Made by a program: the position numbers and the translations under genes. The notes under the pieces are model-generated. The model was given only the letters and a program-made list of their open reading frames with translations, was not told the origin of the DNA and made no database searches. From Vibrio alginolyticus NBRC 15630 = ATCC 17749 (GTDB lineage Bacteria > Pseudomonadota > Gammaproteobacteria > Enterobacterales > Vibrionaceae), in assembly GCF_000354175.2 (NCBI RefSeq), contig NC_022349.1, positions 2,910,001 to 2,942,000 of the forward strand: DNA of 32,000 nt, written 5' to 3'. Numbering within the stretch: the stretch's first letter is position 1; every line of letters starts with the position of its first letter. Shown piece by piece: positions 1-9,460 of the stretch.

Positions 1-138
1 CAGTTCCATAGTGAACCTAACCTAGAATCAATGTTGTTATTGTATACCTAAGTAACCTCAAGATGCTTGGCTCAGATAGATAAGAACAGCTAAGTAAATG
101 ATGCTGTGCTTTCTGAGTCTTAAAGTGACTTGGGTATA

Positions 139-168
139 AAACAAAAAGAGCCTGCAATTGGCAGGCTC
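139..168 (-). terminator. Rho-independent terminator of the CstA-family gene
   Basis: GAGCCTGC (148-155) pairs with GCAGGCTC (161-168) as an 8-bp GC-rich stem. On the minus strand a T-run follows (plus-strand A-run 143-147). It lies just past the stop at 202. Confidence 0.6.
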
Positions 169-201
169 CTATCTTAGTCACTCAGATGTGACGAGTATTT
201 A

Positions 202-1686
202 TTACGCTGTTTCTGATACGGCTTGTGGTTTCTCTTCGTCAGCCAGTTCAGTTTCACCTTTACCCTTAGAGGTTTTGATAACGTAACCTGTCACAGCTAG
301 GGCAAACACAATACCTACGATAGTTGATAGTTGCATTGGCAGACCAAAACCTAGCGAGCTGTTGTTTAAGATGAACGTGACACATACCGTGGTCATGAAG
401 ATAGCTGGGATAGTGGTAATCCAGTGCAGCTTGTTGTGACGCAGTAGGTAAGCGGACGCAGTCCAAAGCATCATTACCGCTGTTGTTTGGTTTGCAAAAC
501 CGAAGTAGCGCCAGATAATGCCGAAGTCTACTTGAGTTAAGATACCGCCGATAACGAACAGTGGAAGTGCCATCAGTAGACGGTTACGTAGCGTTTTTTG
601 TTCCATGTTGAAGTATTCAGCAAGGATCAAGCGGCTTGAACGGAACGCTGTATCGCCAGACGTAATTGGTAGGATAACCACACCCAGGAACGCAAGGATA
701 CCACCGAACACACCTAGCAGACCAAATGATGCGCTGTATACCACGTTACCAGGACCACCGTTTTTCACAGCTTCGGATAGAGCGTCTAGAGAGCCGAAGA
801 AAGACAGAGCGATAGCACACCAAATTAGCGCGATAACACCTTCACCAATCATTGCACCGTAGAATACGAAGCGACCGTTTTTCTCATTTTCCATACAACG
901 CGCCATCAGTGGAGACTGAGTTGCGTGGAAGCCAGAGATAGCGCCACATGCGATAGTGATGAACAATGCAGGCCATAACGGCATGTCATTTGGGTTGAGG
1001 TTAGAGAACATGTCCGAAACTTGGAAGTCACCCATTACTGTGTGTTCGCTAGAGAAAGCAACGGCTGTCATTAGGCCAACAGACATAAAGATAAGTAGGG
1101 CGCCAAACAGTGGGTAGAAACGACCAATGATTTTATCGACGGGAACAATCGTCGCAATGATGTAGTAAGCAAATATAGCAATAACCATTGTAGTCATGCT
1201 TACGCTCAAGCTTGTTTGATCATTGATGAGGTTAGTAATCATGCCAGCAGGGGCTGAAACGAACACTACGCCAACTAGAAGTAATAGGACAATGGCAAAA
1301 ATATTCATAAAGTGTTTTGCGCCATTACCTAGGTAGCGACCTGTAATGGTAGGTACAGATGCACCGCCGTTACGCACTGAAAGCATGCCTGAGAAGTAAT
1401 CGTGTACTGCACCAGCAAAAATACAACCGACTACAATCCAAAGCATCGCCGCAGGACCGTATAGTGCCCCCATGATCGGGCCAAAAATTGGACCAACACC
1501 TGCGATGTTAAGTAGTTGAACTAGGTAAACTTTCTTTGTTGACATTGGAACGAAGTCAACACCGTCCGATTTGGTGTGAGCTGGCGTTTGGCGTTTTTCA
1601 TTGATGCCGAAAATCTTCTCGACGAAAGCGCCGTAGATGAAGTATCCGCCGATTAGGGCTGCGACACAGGTTAGAAACCACATCAT
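202..1686 (-). CDS. cstA: CstA-family (carbon starvation protein A / BtsT-like) inner-membrane transporter, short ~494-aa form
   Basis: Uninterrupted 494-aa, very hydrophobic multi-TM ORF. The N-terminus MMWFLTCVAALIGGYFIYGAFVEKIFG and the stretch LNIAGVGPIFGPIMGALYGP are CstA-family signatures I recognise. An AAGGA RBS lies ~8 nt upstream of the ATG. Confidence 0.85.
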   Translation of the reverse strand: MMWFLTCVAALIGGYFIYGAFVEKIFGINEKRQTPAHTKSDGVDFVPMSTKKVYLVQLLNIAGVGPIFGPIMGALYGPAAMLWIVVGCIFAGAVHDYFSGMLSVRNGGASVPTITGRYLGNGAKHFMNIFAIVLLLLVGVVFVSAPAGMITNLINDQTSLSVSMTTMVIAIFAYYIIATIVPVDKIIGRFYPLFGALLIFMSVGLMTAVAFSSEHTVMGDFQVSDMFSNLNPNDMPLWPALFITIACGAISGFHATQSPLMARCMENEKNGRFVFYGAMIGEGVIALIWCAIALSFFGSLDALSEAVKNGGPGNVVYSASFGLLGVFGGILAFLGVVILPITSGDTAFRSSRLILAEYFNMEQKTLRNRLLMALPLFVIGGILTQVDFGIIWRYFGFANQTTAVMMLWTASAYLLRHNKLHWITTIPAIFMTTVCVTFILNNSSLGFGLPMQLSTIVGIVFALAVTGYVIKTSKGKGETELADEEKPQAVSETA

Positions 1687-1780
1687 AGCAATTGTCCTTG
1701 GTCTTAGTTGGGTAGGGTAATTTTTTAATCTCAGGATGCATGTTATGCGTCACTTGTGTTAAATGCATTCGGTTAGTAGA

Positions 1781-1868
1781 TGAGTGGTCGAATAGAGCAC
1801 TGAGTGGTCGATATGCTGCTTGAGCGGTTTTTAAAAATGGCGAAAGGTTGATGACAGTCTTGAGCGGC
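1781..1868 (-). promoter_or_regulatory. Array of phased direct octamer repeats ACC(A/G)CTCA (read on the minus strand); candidate LytTR-type (BtsR/YehT-like) regulator sites
   Basis: Plus-strand TGAGTGGT at 1781 and 1801, TGAGCGGT at 1821, a degenerate CGAAAGGT at 1841 and TGAGCGGC at 1861. The period is exactly 20 bp. The array sits in the 280-bp divergent intergenic region, ~95 nt upstream of the cstA-family ATG. Confidence 0.55.
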
Positions 1869-1966
1869 TGATTTGAGTCATCAGTGGTTAAATCTGCAAG
1901 CTCAGCGGCAAGCGCCAATAATTAGTGGTAAGCTTATTTTTGAAAACAATTACTTAAGGAAGAACC

Positions 1967-2308
1967 ATGAAAAAGGTAACGGTAGGTCTGGCACTGGCTT
2001 TACTTGCAGGATGCACAGCAACGACAGCAGATCTTGCCAAGTCGGGAGATTGGCATCAGATCGGATATCAAGATGGCATAACCGGACACACATCGCGCAC
2101 GATGAGCGAGCTTCGTGAGTTGGGTAGTGTTAAGCAAAGTGACTACGACCAAGGTTATTTAGAAGGTTTACGTGAGTACTGTAATCCTGCTTTTGCGTAT
2201 CAAATGGGGTTATCTGGTCAGTATTACGAAGGGGTTTGTGAAGGTACTGAGCAAGCGCAAAAATTCCGCATGGAATGGCAACGTGGTTGGAATGAATACT
2301 CAAATTAA
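1967..2308 (+). CDS. Small lipoprotein, DUF2799-like
   Basis: 113-aa ORF with AAGGAAG RBS. Lipoprotein signal peptide MKKVTVGLALALLAGC (lipobox LLAGC). Repeated Gly/Tyr/Cys-containing motifs (GYQDG, QGYLEG..YC, GQYYEGVC) as I recall for DUF2799. Confidence 0.75.
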   Translation: MKKVTVGLALALLAGCTATTADLAKSGDWHQIGYQDGITGHTSRTMSELRELGSVKQSDYDQGYLEGLREYCNPAFAYQMGLSGQYYEGVCEGTEQAQKFRMEWQRGWNEYSN

Positions 2309-2423
2309 TAGTCAATAAAGCCGTTGTTACACTGTCTGCATCACATAAATGTGGCAAAATCTTCCTTATTAAACTATGTTCATACTGCTTGATAGTGAGC
2401 ACAGAAAAAAAAGGAATCACATT

Positions 2424-2696
2424 ATGTCAACGCAAATGGCTGGTGGCTGGAGTCCATTTCATGAACTCACAGCAGAGAATAAAGAAGTATTTGCTAAAGG
2501 TATCGAGGGGTTTGTCGGTGTCAAATACTCCCCTTTGGTTGTGGCTACTCAAGTCGTAGCCGGACAAAACTATGCGTTTTTCTGTAATGCAGAAGTTGTC
2601 TACCCTGGAGCACAACCATACCCAGCAATGGTTCATATGTTCAGTGACCTTGAAGGTAAAGTCGGTATTACTCACATTGAACGATTAAACTACTAA
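2424..2696 (+). CDS. Stefin/cystatin-like protein (putative cysteine-protease inhibitor, family I25-like), no signal peptide
   Basis: ATG at 2424 is preceded by AAGGAA (2411-2416); the track ORF start at 2376 lacks an RBS. The 90-aa product carries an N-terminal GG, the canonical cystatin loop QVVAG followed by NY (TQVVAGQNYAFF, compare stefin QVVAGTNYFIKV), and stefin-like length and spacing. Confidence 0.7.
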   Translation: MSTQMAGGWSPFHELTAENKEVFAKGIEGFVGVKYSPLVVATQVVAGQNYAFFCNAEVVYPGAQPYPAMVHMFSDLEGKVGITHIERLNY

Positions 2697-2705
2697 ATTA
2701 AGCCA

Positions 2706-2745
2706 TAAAAGGCGCCTGACTTTTAAATAAGTGAGGCGCTTTATT
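2706..2745. terminator. Bidirectional terminator between the stefin-like gene and murQ
   Basis: GCGCCTGAC (2712-2720) pairs with GTGAGGCGC (2731-2739), with one mismatch. It is flanked by TTTATT on the plus strand and TTTTAT on the minus strand. Confidence 0.55.
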
Positions 2746-2747
2746 GA

Positions 2748-3683
<936 letters not shown>

Positions 3684-3713
3684 TTAAGCCTTTTTGTTTA
3701 GGATCTATTGCCC

Positions 3714-4826
3714 TTAATTTTTTGAATAGAGTACACCCAGTGAAGCGAGACGACTTGCCCCCGTAACTTCCGGTAAGTTGCTAGGGAGGCCGTGAATATG
3801 GCGCTGCGCAAGCCAAGCAAACGCCATTGCTTCCATGTAGTCGCCATCAACGCCTTTTTCTGCCGTTGTCGCAACGCTCCATTGTGGCAATAACTTAGCT
3901 AGTCGCTGCATCAAAAGTGGGTTTCTTGCTCCACCGCCACAGACCAATAGTTGAGGTGTGATGCCATGAGAAAACTTGTCGACTTCGTTGGCAATGGTAA
4001 TTGCAGAATACTCGCAAAGTGTACGTTGTACGTCTTCGATTGGTAAATTGTGATGGGCCAGTTGTTGATGCAGCCAGTCAATATTGAACAGTTCTCGTCC
4101 GGTACTTTTAGGGGCTGGCATGGCGAGGTAAGCTTCTTTGAGTAATTGAGTCAACAAAGTAGCGTTTACCGTTCCTTTAAGTGCAAACTGTGCATCTTCG
4201 TCGAAGCTTTGCCCAGTATGCAGCGCACACCATGCGTCCATCAACATATTGCCCGGGCCTGTGTCATAGCCAATGACTGGTTGTTCTGGATGCAGTACCG
4301 AGATATTGGCAATGCCTCCAATGTTAAGTACCACAGTTGTGGAATCCTGCATCGCAAAAATGCTTTTATGGAAAGCAGGGACGAGTGGGGCACCTTGTCC
4401 ACCTAGCGCCATGTCTTTACGACGAAAATCCGCTACCGTATCAATGCCTGTTTTGACCGCGATAATGTTTGCATCGCCCAATTGAGTGGTAAACGGCAAG
4501 TTTCCGGTAGGCTGATGGAATACTGTTTGACCGTGATTACCAATCGCACGAATTTGCTCTACGACGTAACCAGACTTATTGAGCAGCTGTAACACAGCAT
4601 CTGCAAATAGGTGGCCGAGCTGGTGGTCAAGTTCACCTATGGCTTTTAAATTTGTTGCTTGACCGGTACAAACAGATAACAGCATGTCTTTTAGTGCTGC
4701 GGGCATTGGGTAGTCGTCATGCGCAATCAGGCGAACGTGCTCATCGCTTATTTCAACTAGAGCGGTATCAACACCATCCATACTCGTTCCAGACATCACA
4801 CCAATGTACAGTTCGTTAAATTTCAT
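3714..4826 (-). CDS. anmK: Anhydro-N-acetylmuramic acid kinase
   Basis: ORF with the AnmK N-terminal motif YIGVMSGTSMDGVD. I prefer the ATG at 4826 (MKFNELYIG...) over the GTG at 4853 used by the ORF track. The start is uncertain by 27 nt. Confidence 0.9.
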   Translation of the reverse strand: MKFNELYIGVMSGTSMDGVDTALVEISDEHVRLIAHDDYPMPAALKDMLLSVCTGQATNLKAIGELDHQLGHLFADAVLQLLNKSGYVVEQIRAIGNHGQTVFHQPTGNLPFTTQLGDANIIAVKTGIDTVADFRRKDMALGGQGAPLVPAFHKSIFAMQDSTTVVLNIGGIANISVLHPEQPVIGYDTGPGNMLMDAWCALHTGQSFDEDAQFALKGTVNATLLTQLLKEAYLAMPAPKSTGRELFNIDWLHQQLAHHNLPIEDVQRTLCEYSAITIANEVDKFSHGITPQLLVCGGGARNPLLMQRLAKLLPQWSVATTAEKGVDGDYMEAMAFAWLAQRHIHGLPSNLPEVTGASRLASLGVLYSKN

Positions 4827-4925
4827 AGCCGATCTCGTCAATTCTTCATTCACTTATTGTAAAGCAAATCTGAAGCGAATAACCTCATCGAATACGAGAT
4901 ATTCAGCCGATTTTGAGGAGAAAAC

Positions 4926-5909
4926 ATGGGACCGTTATGGGTTGACGTTGCGGGGTATGAACTGACCGCTGAAGACAAAGAAATCTTGGAGCATCCTACG
5001 GTTGGTGGCTTAATTCTATTTGCTCGCAACTATCATGATAGCAAACAGCTTCAAGCACTTACTCAATCCATCCGAAAGGCGGCTAAGCGCCCGTTTTTGA
5101 TCGGTGTGGATCAAGAGGGCGGCCGAGTGCAGCGCTTTCGCGAAGGTTTCTCATTAATTCCTGCTGCTGATGAGTACGCTAAACATCAAAATGGTGAAGA
5201 GCTTGCTCGTATGGGCGGTTGGTTAATGGCAGCAGAGCTGATTGCCCATGATATTGATTTAAGCTTTGCCCCGGTACTTGACCAAGGCCATCAATGTAAA
5301 GCGATCGGTAACCGTGCATTCGGTGAAGATGCCGATACCATTCTTCGCTATAGCACTGCATATATGCAGGGAATGAAGAGTGTTGGCATGGCAACGACAG
5401 GCAAGCACTTCCCTGGACATGGTGGCGTGATTGCAGACTCACATCTAGAAACACCATACGACGAGCGCAGTGATATTTTTGAACAAGATATGGCGATCTT
5501 CAAAGCGCAAATTGATGCCGGTATTTTAGATGCCATGATGCCTGCTCACGTGATTTTCCCACACTATGATGCTCAACCAGCCAGCGGTTCTGAATACTGG
5601 TTAAAACAGGTCCTGCGTCAGCAATTGGGTTTTAAAGGTTTGGTTTTTTCGGATGACTTGACCATGGAAGGCGCTGCGATCATGGGCAGCCCTGCCGAGC
5701 GAGGTGCTCAAGCATTGAGAGCTGGCTGCGATATGTTGTTAATGTGTAATAAACGAGAAGCGCACGTTGAGGTATTAGACAACTTACCGGTTTCAACCGT
5801 GCCACTCGCGGATGGATTACTGAAAAAACAGTCATTTTCTCCAAGCGAACTTAAGCTATCTCAAGAGTGGAAAGCGGCGAGTGAAGCGATGAAACGCTTG
5901 ACTAGCTAA
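4926..5909 (+). CDS. nagZ: Beta-N-acetylhexosaminidase (peptidoglycan recycling)
   Basis: 327-aa GH3-type ORF ([10 protein letters not shown]..., [19 protein letters not shown]). GAGGAG RBS upstream. Divergent from anmK. Confidence 0.93.
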   Translation: MGPLWVDVAGYELTAEDKEILEHPTVGGLILFARNYHDSKQLQALTQSIRKAAKRPFLIGVDQEGGRVQRFREGFSLIPAADEYAKHQNGEELARMGGWLMAAELIAHDIDLSFAPVLDQGHQCKAIGNRAFGEDADTILRYSTAYMQGMKSVGMATTGKHFPGHGGVIADSHLETPYDERSDIFEQDMAIFKAQIDAGILDAMMPAHVIFPHYDAQPASGSEYWLKQVLRQQLGFKGLVFSDDLTMEGAAIMGSPAERGAQALRAGCDMLLMCNKREAHVEVLDNLPVSTVPLADGLLKKQSFSPSELKLSQEWKAASEAMKRLTS

Positions 5910-5941
5910 ACCTCTTGTAAAAGATTCAAAACAGCGATTAG

Positions 5942-5975
5942 AAGCCAAAGTTAATTATGCTTTGGCTTTTTATTT
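5942..5975 (+). terminator. Rho-independent terminator after nagZ
   Basis: AAGCCAAAG (5942-5950) pairs with CTTTGGCTT (5960-5968), followed by TTTTATTT. Confidence 0.6.
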
Positions 5976-5978
5976 GAC

Positions 5979-5996
5979 TGTAAAGTTAATTTTACA
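5979..5996. promoter_or_regulatory. TyrR box (perfect match to TGTAAA-N6-TTTACA) upstream of aroF-tyrA
   Basis: TGTAAAgttaatTTTACA at 5979-5996. It starts at the last base of a TTGACT -35-like hexamer (5974-5979), ~120 nt upstream of the aroF ATG. Confidence 0.7.
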
Positions 5997-6116
5997 CTAA
6001 ATGTTTTTTATTCTGTACGCTTGTTTTTCTTTTTTAGCCTGTTATCTTGTCGTTAAAGCTTAGTTGTCTCACCAAAGGTTTGGTTGGGTGTAAAAATAAA
6101 TATACAGGTTAGAGTT

Positions 6117-7193
6117 ATGCAGAAAAGTGAGTTGAGCAATATTAATATTATCGAAGAACAGGTTCTTATTACTCCGGAGGAACTAAAAACCAAGCTTCCT
6201 TTGAGTGAAAAAGCACGTCGCTTTATTCAAGAGTCTCGTCAAACTATCGCTAATATTATTCACAAGAAGGATCACCGCCTGCTTGTTGTATGCGGTCCAT
6301 GTTCTATCCACGACGTAGAAGCGGCGAAGGATTACGCAAAGCGCCTTAAAGCACTCTCTGAACAACTAAGTGACCAACTGTATATTGTTATGCGTGTTTA
6401 CTTTGAGAAGCCGCGCACCACGGTCGGCTGGAAAGGCCTGATCAATGACCCACACCTAGACGGCAGTTTCGATATTGAACACGGTCTGCATGTTGGACGC
6501 GAACTTCTGGTGGAGTTGGCAGAGATGGAAATCCCGCTCGCGACTGAGGCTCTAGACCCAATTAGCCCACAATACTTGGCGGATACTTTTAGCTGGGCAG
6601 CCATCGGTGCTCGTACGACGGAGTCACAAACTCACCGTGAAATGGCAAGCGGCCTGTCTATGCCAATCGGTTTTAAGAATGGCACCGATGGCAGTTTGGC
6701 AACCGCAATTAACGCGATGCAAGCTGCGTCCTCTAGCCACCGTTTTATGGGAATTAACCGTGAGGGACAAGTCGCACTGTTGACCACCCAGGGCAATGCT
6801 AATGGACATGTGATCTTACGTGGCGGCAAGCAAACTAACTACGATTCGGTATCAGTCACTGAGTGTGAGCAAGAGATGGCGAAATCTGGTCTTGATGCTT
6901 CATTAATGGTGGATTGCAGTCACGCCAACTCACGTAAAGATTACCGTCGCCAGCCACTAGTCGCGGAGGATGTGATTCATCAAATCCGTGAAGGTAATAA
7001 ATCTATTATCGGTCTTATGATTGAAAGCCATATCAATGAAGGAAATCAATCTTCTGACTTAGCTCTTGAAGAGATGAAATACGGTGTATCTATCACTGAC
7101 GCATGTATCAATTGGGATTTAACTGAGGCACTATTACGTCATGCACATGAAGAGCTAGTGCCTTTCTTAGAAAATCGTCTAAAGGCTAATTAA
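6117..7193 (+). CDS. aroF: 3-deoxy-7-phosphoheptulonate (DAHP) synthase, class I; probably the Tyr-sensitive isozyme
   Basis: Class-I DAHP synthase sequence (LLVVCGPCSIHD, KPRTTVGWKGL). The ATG at 6117 (MQKSELSNINI...) gives ~358 aa, whereas the track start at 6084 is a TTG. The isozyme is assigned from the operon with tyrA and the TyrR box. Confidence 0.88.
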   Translation: MQKSELSNINIIEEQVLITPEELKTKLPLSEKARRFIQESRQTIANIIHKKDHRLLVVCGPCSIHDVEAAKDYAKRLKALSEQLSDQLYIVMRVYFEKPRTTVGWKGLINDPHLDGSFDIEHGLHVGRELLVELAEMEIPLATEALDPISPQYLADTFSWAAIGARTTESQTHREMASGLSMPIGFKNGTDGSLATAINAMQAASSSHRFMGINREGQVALLTTQGNANGHVILRGGKQTNYDSVSVTECEQEMAKSGLDASLMVDCSHANSRKDYRRQPLVAEDVIHQIREGNKSIIGLMIESHINEGNQSSDLALEEMKYGVSITDACINWDLTEALLRHAHEELVPFLENRLKAN

Positions 7194-7214
7194 TACAGGA
7201 TTTAAGGAACATCA

Positions 7215-8342
7215 ATGGCAGTTGAACTTAACGCATTACGCGATCAGATTGATGCAGTCGACAAGCAAATGTTGGAGCTATTGGCTCAGCGTTTAGCGCT
7301 CGTAGAGAAAGTTGGGGAAGTAAAAAGCGAACATGGTTTGCCAATTTATGCTCCAGACCGCGAAGCGGCGATGTTAGCTTCTCGTCGCGCTGAAGCTGAA
7401 AAAATGGGAATTCCTCCGCAGCTTATTGAAGATATTCTGCGTCGAACAATGCGTGAGTCTTATGCCAGCGAGAAAGATTCCGGTTTTAAGTGTTTGAACC
7501 CTGATTTACGCTCAGTTGTTATTATTGGTGGTAATGGTCAATTGGGTGGCCTGTTTGGGCGTATGTTCAAATTGTCGGGCTACCAGGTCAAAGTTCTCGG
7601 CAGTAAAGACTGGGATCATGCGGATGAGATTCTAGACAACGCGGGTTTAGTCGTGGTCACGGTGCCGATTCATCTAACGGAAGGGGTGATCGAAAAACTG
7701 GGGAACTTGCCGCAAGACTGTATTCTGTGTGACCTGACTTCTATCAAATCGAAGCCTCTGCAAGCAATGTTGAATGTGCATCAAGGTCCTGTGGTTGGTT
7801 TGCACCCAATGTTTGGCCCAGATGTTCCGAGCCTTGCCAAGCAGGTTATTGTGTACTGTGATGGCCGTGGTCACGAGCATTACCAATGGCTATTGCAACA
7901 GTTTGGGATTTGGGGCGCAAGCTTGTGCCAAATCGATGCACAAGAGCACGATCATGGCATGACGTTGATTCAGGCGCTGCGCCACTTCACGTCGTTTGCT
8001 TACGGTATGCACCTTAGCAAAGAGAATCCGAACATCGATCAGTTGTTGAAGTTAAGCTCGCCAATCTACCGCCTTGAATTGGCGATGGTGGGACGACTGT
8101 TTGGTCAGGATCCGAACTTGTACGGTGATATCATTTTCTCTTCTCAAGAGAATATCGATATGATCAAGCGATTCCATCAGCGTTTAGGTGATGCGGTAGC
8201 GATTCTGGATAGCAGAGACAAAGCGCGATTCATCGAAAGCTTTAAGCAGGTGAGTGATTGGTTTGGTACTTATTCTCAACAATTTATGAATGAGAGCCAA
8301 AACTTACTCAAACAGGCGAATGATAATATTCATCGCGGCTAA
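7215..8342 (+). CDS. tyrA: Bifunctional chorismate mutase / prephenate dehydrogenase (T-protein)
   Basis: 375-aa ORF with an N-terminal chorismate mutase ([19 protein letters not shown]) and an NAD-binding GGNGQLGG prephenate dehydrogenase domain. It lies 21 nt after aroF. Confidence 0.95.
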   Translation: MAVELNALRDQIDAVDKQMLELLAQRLALVEKVGEVKSEHGLPIYAPDREAAMLASRRAEAEKMGIPPQLIEDILRRTMRESYASEKDSGFKCLNPDLRSVVIIGGNGQLGGLFGRMFKLSGYQVKVLGSKDWDHADEILDNAGLVVVTVPIHLTEGVIEKLGNLPQDCILCDLTSIKSKPLQAMLNVHQGPVVGLHPMFGPDVPSLAKQVIVYCDGRGHEHYQWLLQQFGIWGASLCQIDAQEHDHGMTLIQALRHFTSFAYGMHLSKENPNIDQLLKLSSPIYRLELAMVGRLFGQDPNLYGDIIFSSQENIDMIKRFHQRLGDAVAILDSRDKARFIESFKQVSDWFGTYSQQFMNESQNLLKQANDNIHRG

Positions 8343-8375
8343 TCACGGGTCATTTAGCCGTGCAGAGTCCGAAAC

Positions 8376-8403
8376 AAAAAGAGCAGCGTAAGCTGCTCTT
8401 TTT
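8376..8403. terminator. Bidirectional terminator between tyrA and the M23 peptidase gene
   Basis: AAAAAGAGCAGC-gtaa-GCTGCTCTTTTT forms a perfect 12-bp stem flanked by an A-run and a T-run. Confidence 0.75.
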
Positions 8404-8419
8404 CGTGTTGATGGACAAA

Positions 8420-9421
8420 TCAGTTCGTCGCAGTATTACTCGTATCTTCACTTGATACTGTGTTGATACTAGTATCGCGATAGGGTGAATTGGTTAAATT
8501 GACTTGTAGACGTACAACGTTATCAATCAATTGAACCAAAGGTCCCCATTTCACTTTTTTCTCTTTTTCAAAGACGTCATTGAAGTTTTCTGGCGTCCAC
8601 TCCATTAAGTATTGAGGGTTGAGTGCTCGTCCGAGAAAGCGTACTTCATAGTGCAAGTGTGGCCCTGTGGAGTTGCCAGAGTTACCGCATTGAGCAATGA
8701 TGTCGCCTTTACTAACAAACTGACCGCTTTTCACTTTGAAGCGTTGTAGATGAGCAAAGGAGCTCATAAAGCCAAATGAGTGACGAATGGTGACATAGTT
8801 ACCATAACCACGATTGCTCGGGCGAACGGTTTCCACCACACCGTCAGCCGGTGCCAGGATCTCTTCTCCTCTTTTACAAGTCAGATCGATACCAGTATGA
8901 ACATGCCTCTTACCTGAAATCGGATTAATACGACTGCCGTAAGAAGAAGAAATACGTTGGTATGTGACTGGACTGTCATTTGGTATCAAACGGAACATCG
9001 TCGCGCGAACAGCAGAATCGATAGCGGCTGCGTCAATTCGCTCCTCTAACCCCATGCTGTTCTCATCGATCATCAACTCTTCGTCTGCGAGACCTAAAAC
9101 CGATTCAACGTCGAATACCCGTTTGCCCAATAGCTGAATTTGATTGTTTTTGTCCGTCAAAGACTGGGAAAGTGAATGATTGGTATCAAGCTGCTCTTCG
9201 TAAAGAGCCGTCACTTCGGCCTTTTCACTTTCCAGTTTGGCGATGATTTGTGTTAGTTCGTCTTTATTGTGCATCTGCTGCTGATTAAGGTACCACGCAC
9301 CACCAACGACGGCGGGTAATGCCAATACCGAAGCAAATACTGCTAGGACCGAACTGCGGCCCAAATAGAACTGCTGATCGCCGTCTTTCGTCGGGATCTG
9401 CATGATGATTTTTTTAGACAT
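8420..9421 (-). CDS. Membrane-anchored M23 (LytM-type) metallopeptidase with coiled-coil linker
   Basis: 333-aa ORF. It has an N-terminal TM segment (VLAVFASVLALPAVVGGAWYL), a heptad-like region, and the M23 catalytic motifs HxxxD (HTGID) and HxH (GPHLHYE). Confidence 0.88.
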   Translation of the reverse strand: MSKKIIMQIPTKDGDQQFYLGRSSVLAVFASVLALPAVVGGAWYLNQQQMHNKDELTQIIAKLESEKAEVTALYEEQLDTNHSLSQSLTDKNNQIQLLGKRVFDVESVLGLADEELMIDENSMGLEERIDAAAIDSAVRATMFRLIPNDSPVTYQRISSSYGSRINPISGKRHVHTGIDLTCKRGEEILAPADGVVETVRPSNRGYGNYVTIRHSFGFMSSFAHLQRFKVKSGQFVSKGDIIAQCGNSGNSTGPHLHYEVRFLGRALNPQYLMEWTPENFNDVFEKEKKVKWGPLVQLIDNVVRLQVNLTNSPYRDTSINTVSSEDTSNTATN

Positions 9422-9460
9422 AGTTATTGTTACTTAAATAGGCGTTCATTTATTTTTCTC

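Noticed and set aside
1598-2118. ORFs at 1598-1918 (-) and 1873-2118 (+) in and around the cstA/DUF2799 intergenic region.
   Set aside because: They overlap the starts of the two real genes and the octamer array. They have no RBS and no recognisable protein features. The region is better explained as regulatory DNA.
6014-6031. Possible third, weak TyrR box TGTACGcttgttTTTCTT.
   Set aside because: It lacks the conserved C at box position 17 and matches only 7/12 arm positions. That is indistinguishable from chance in A/T-rich DNA.
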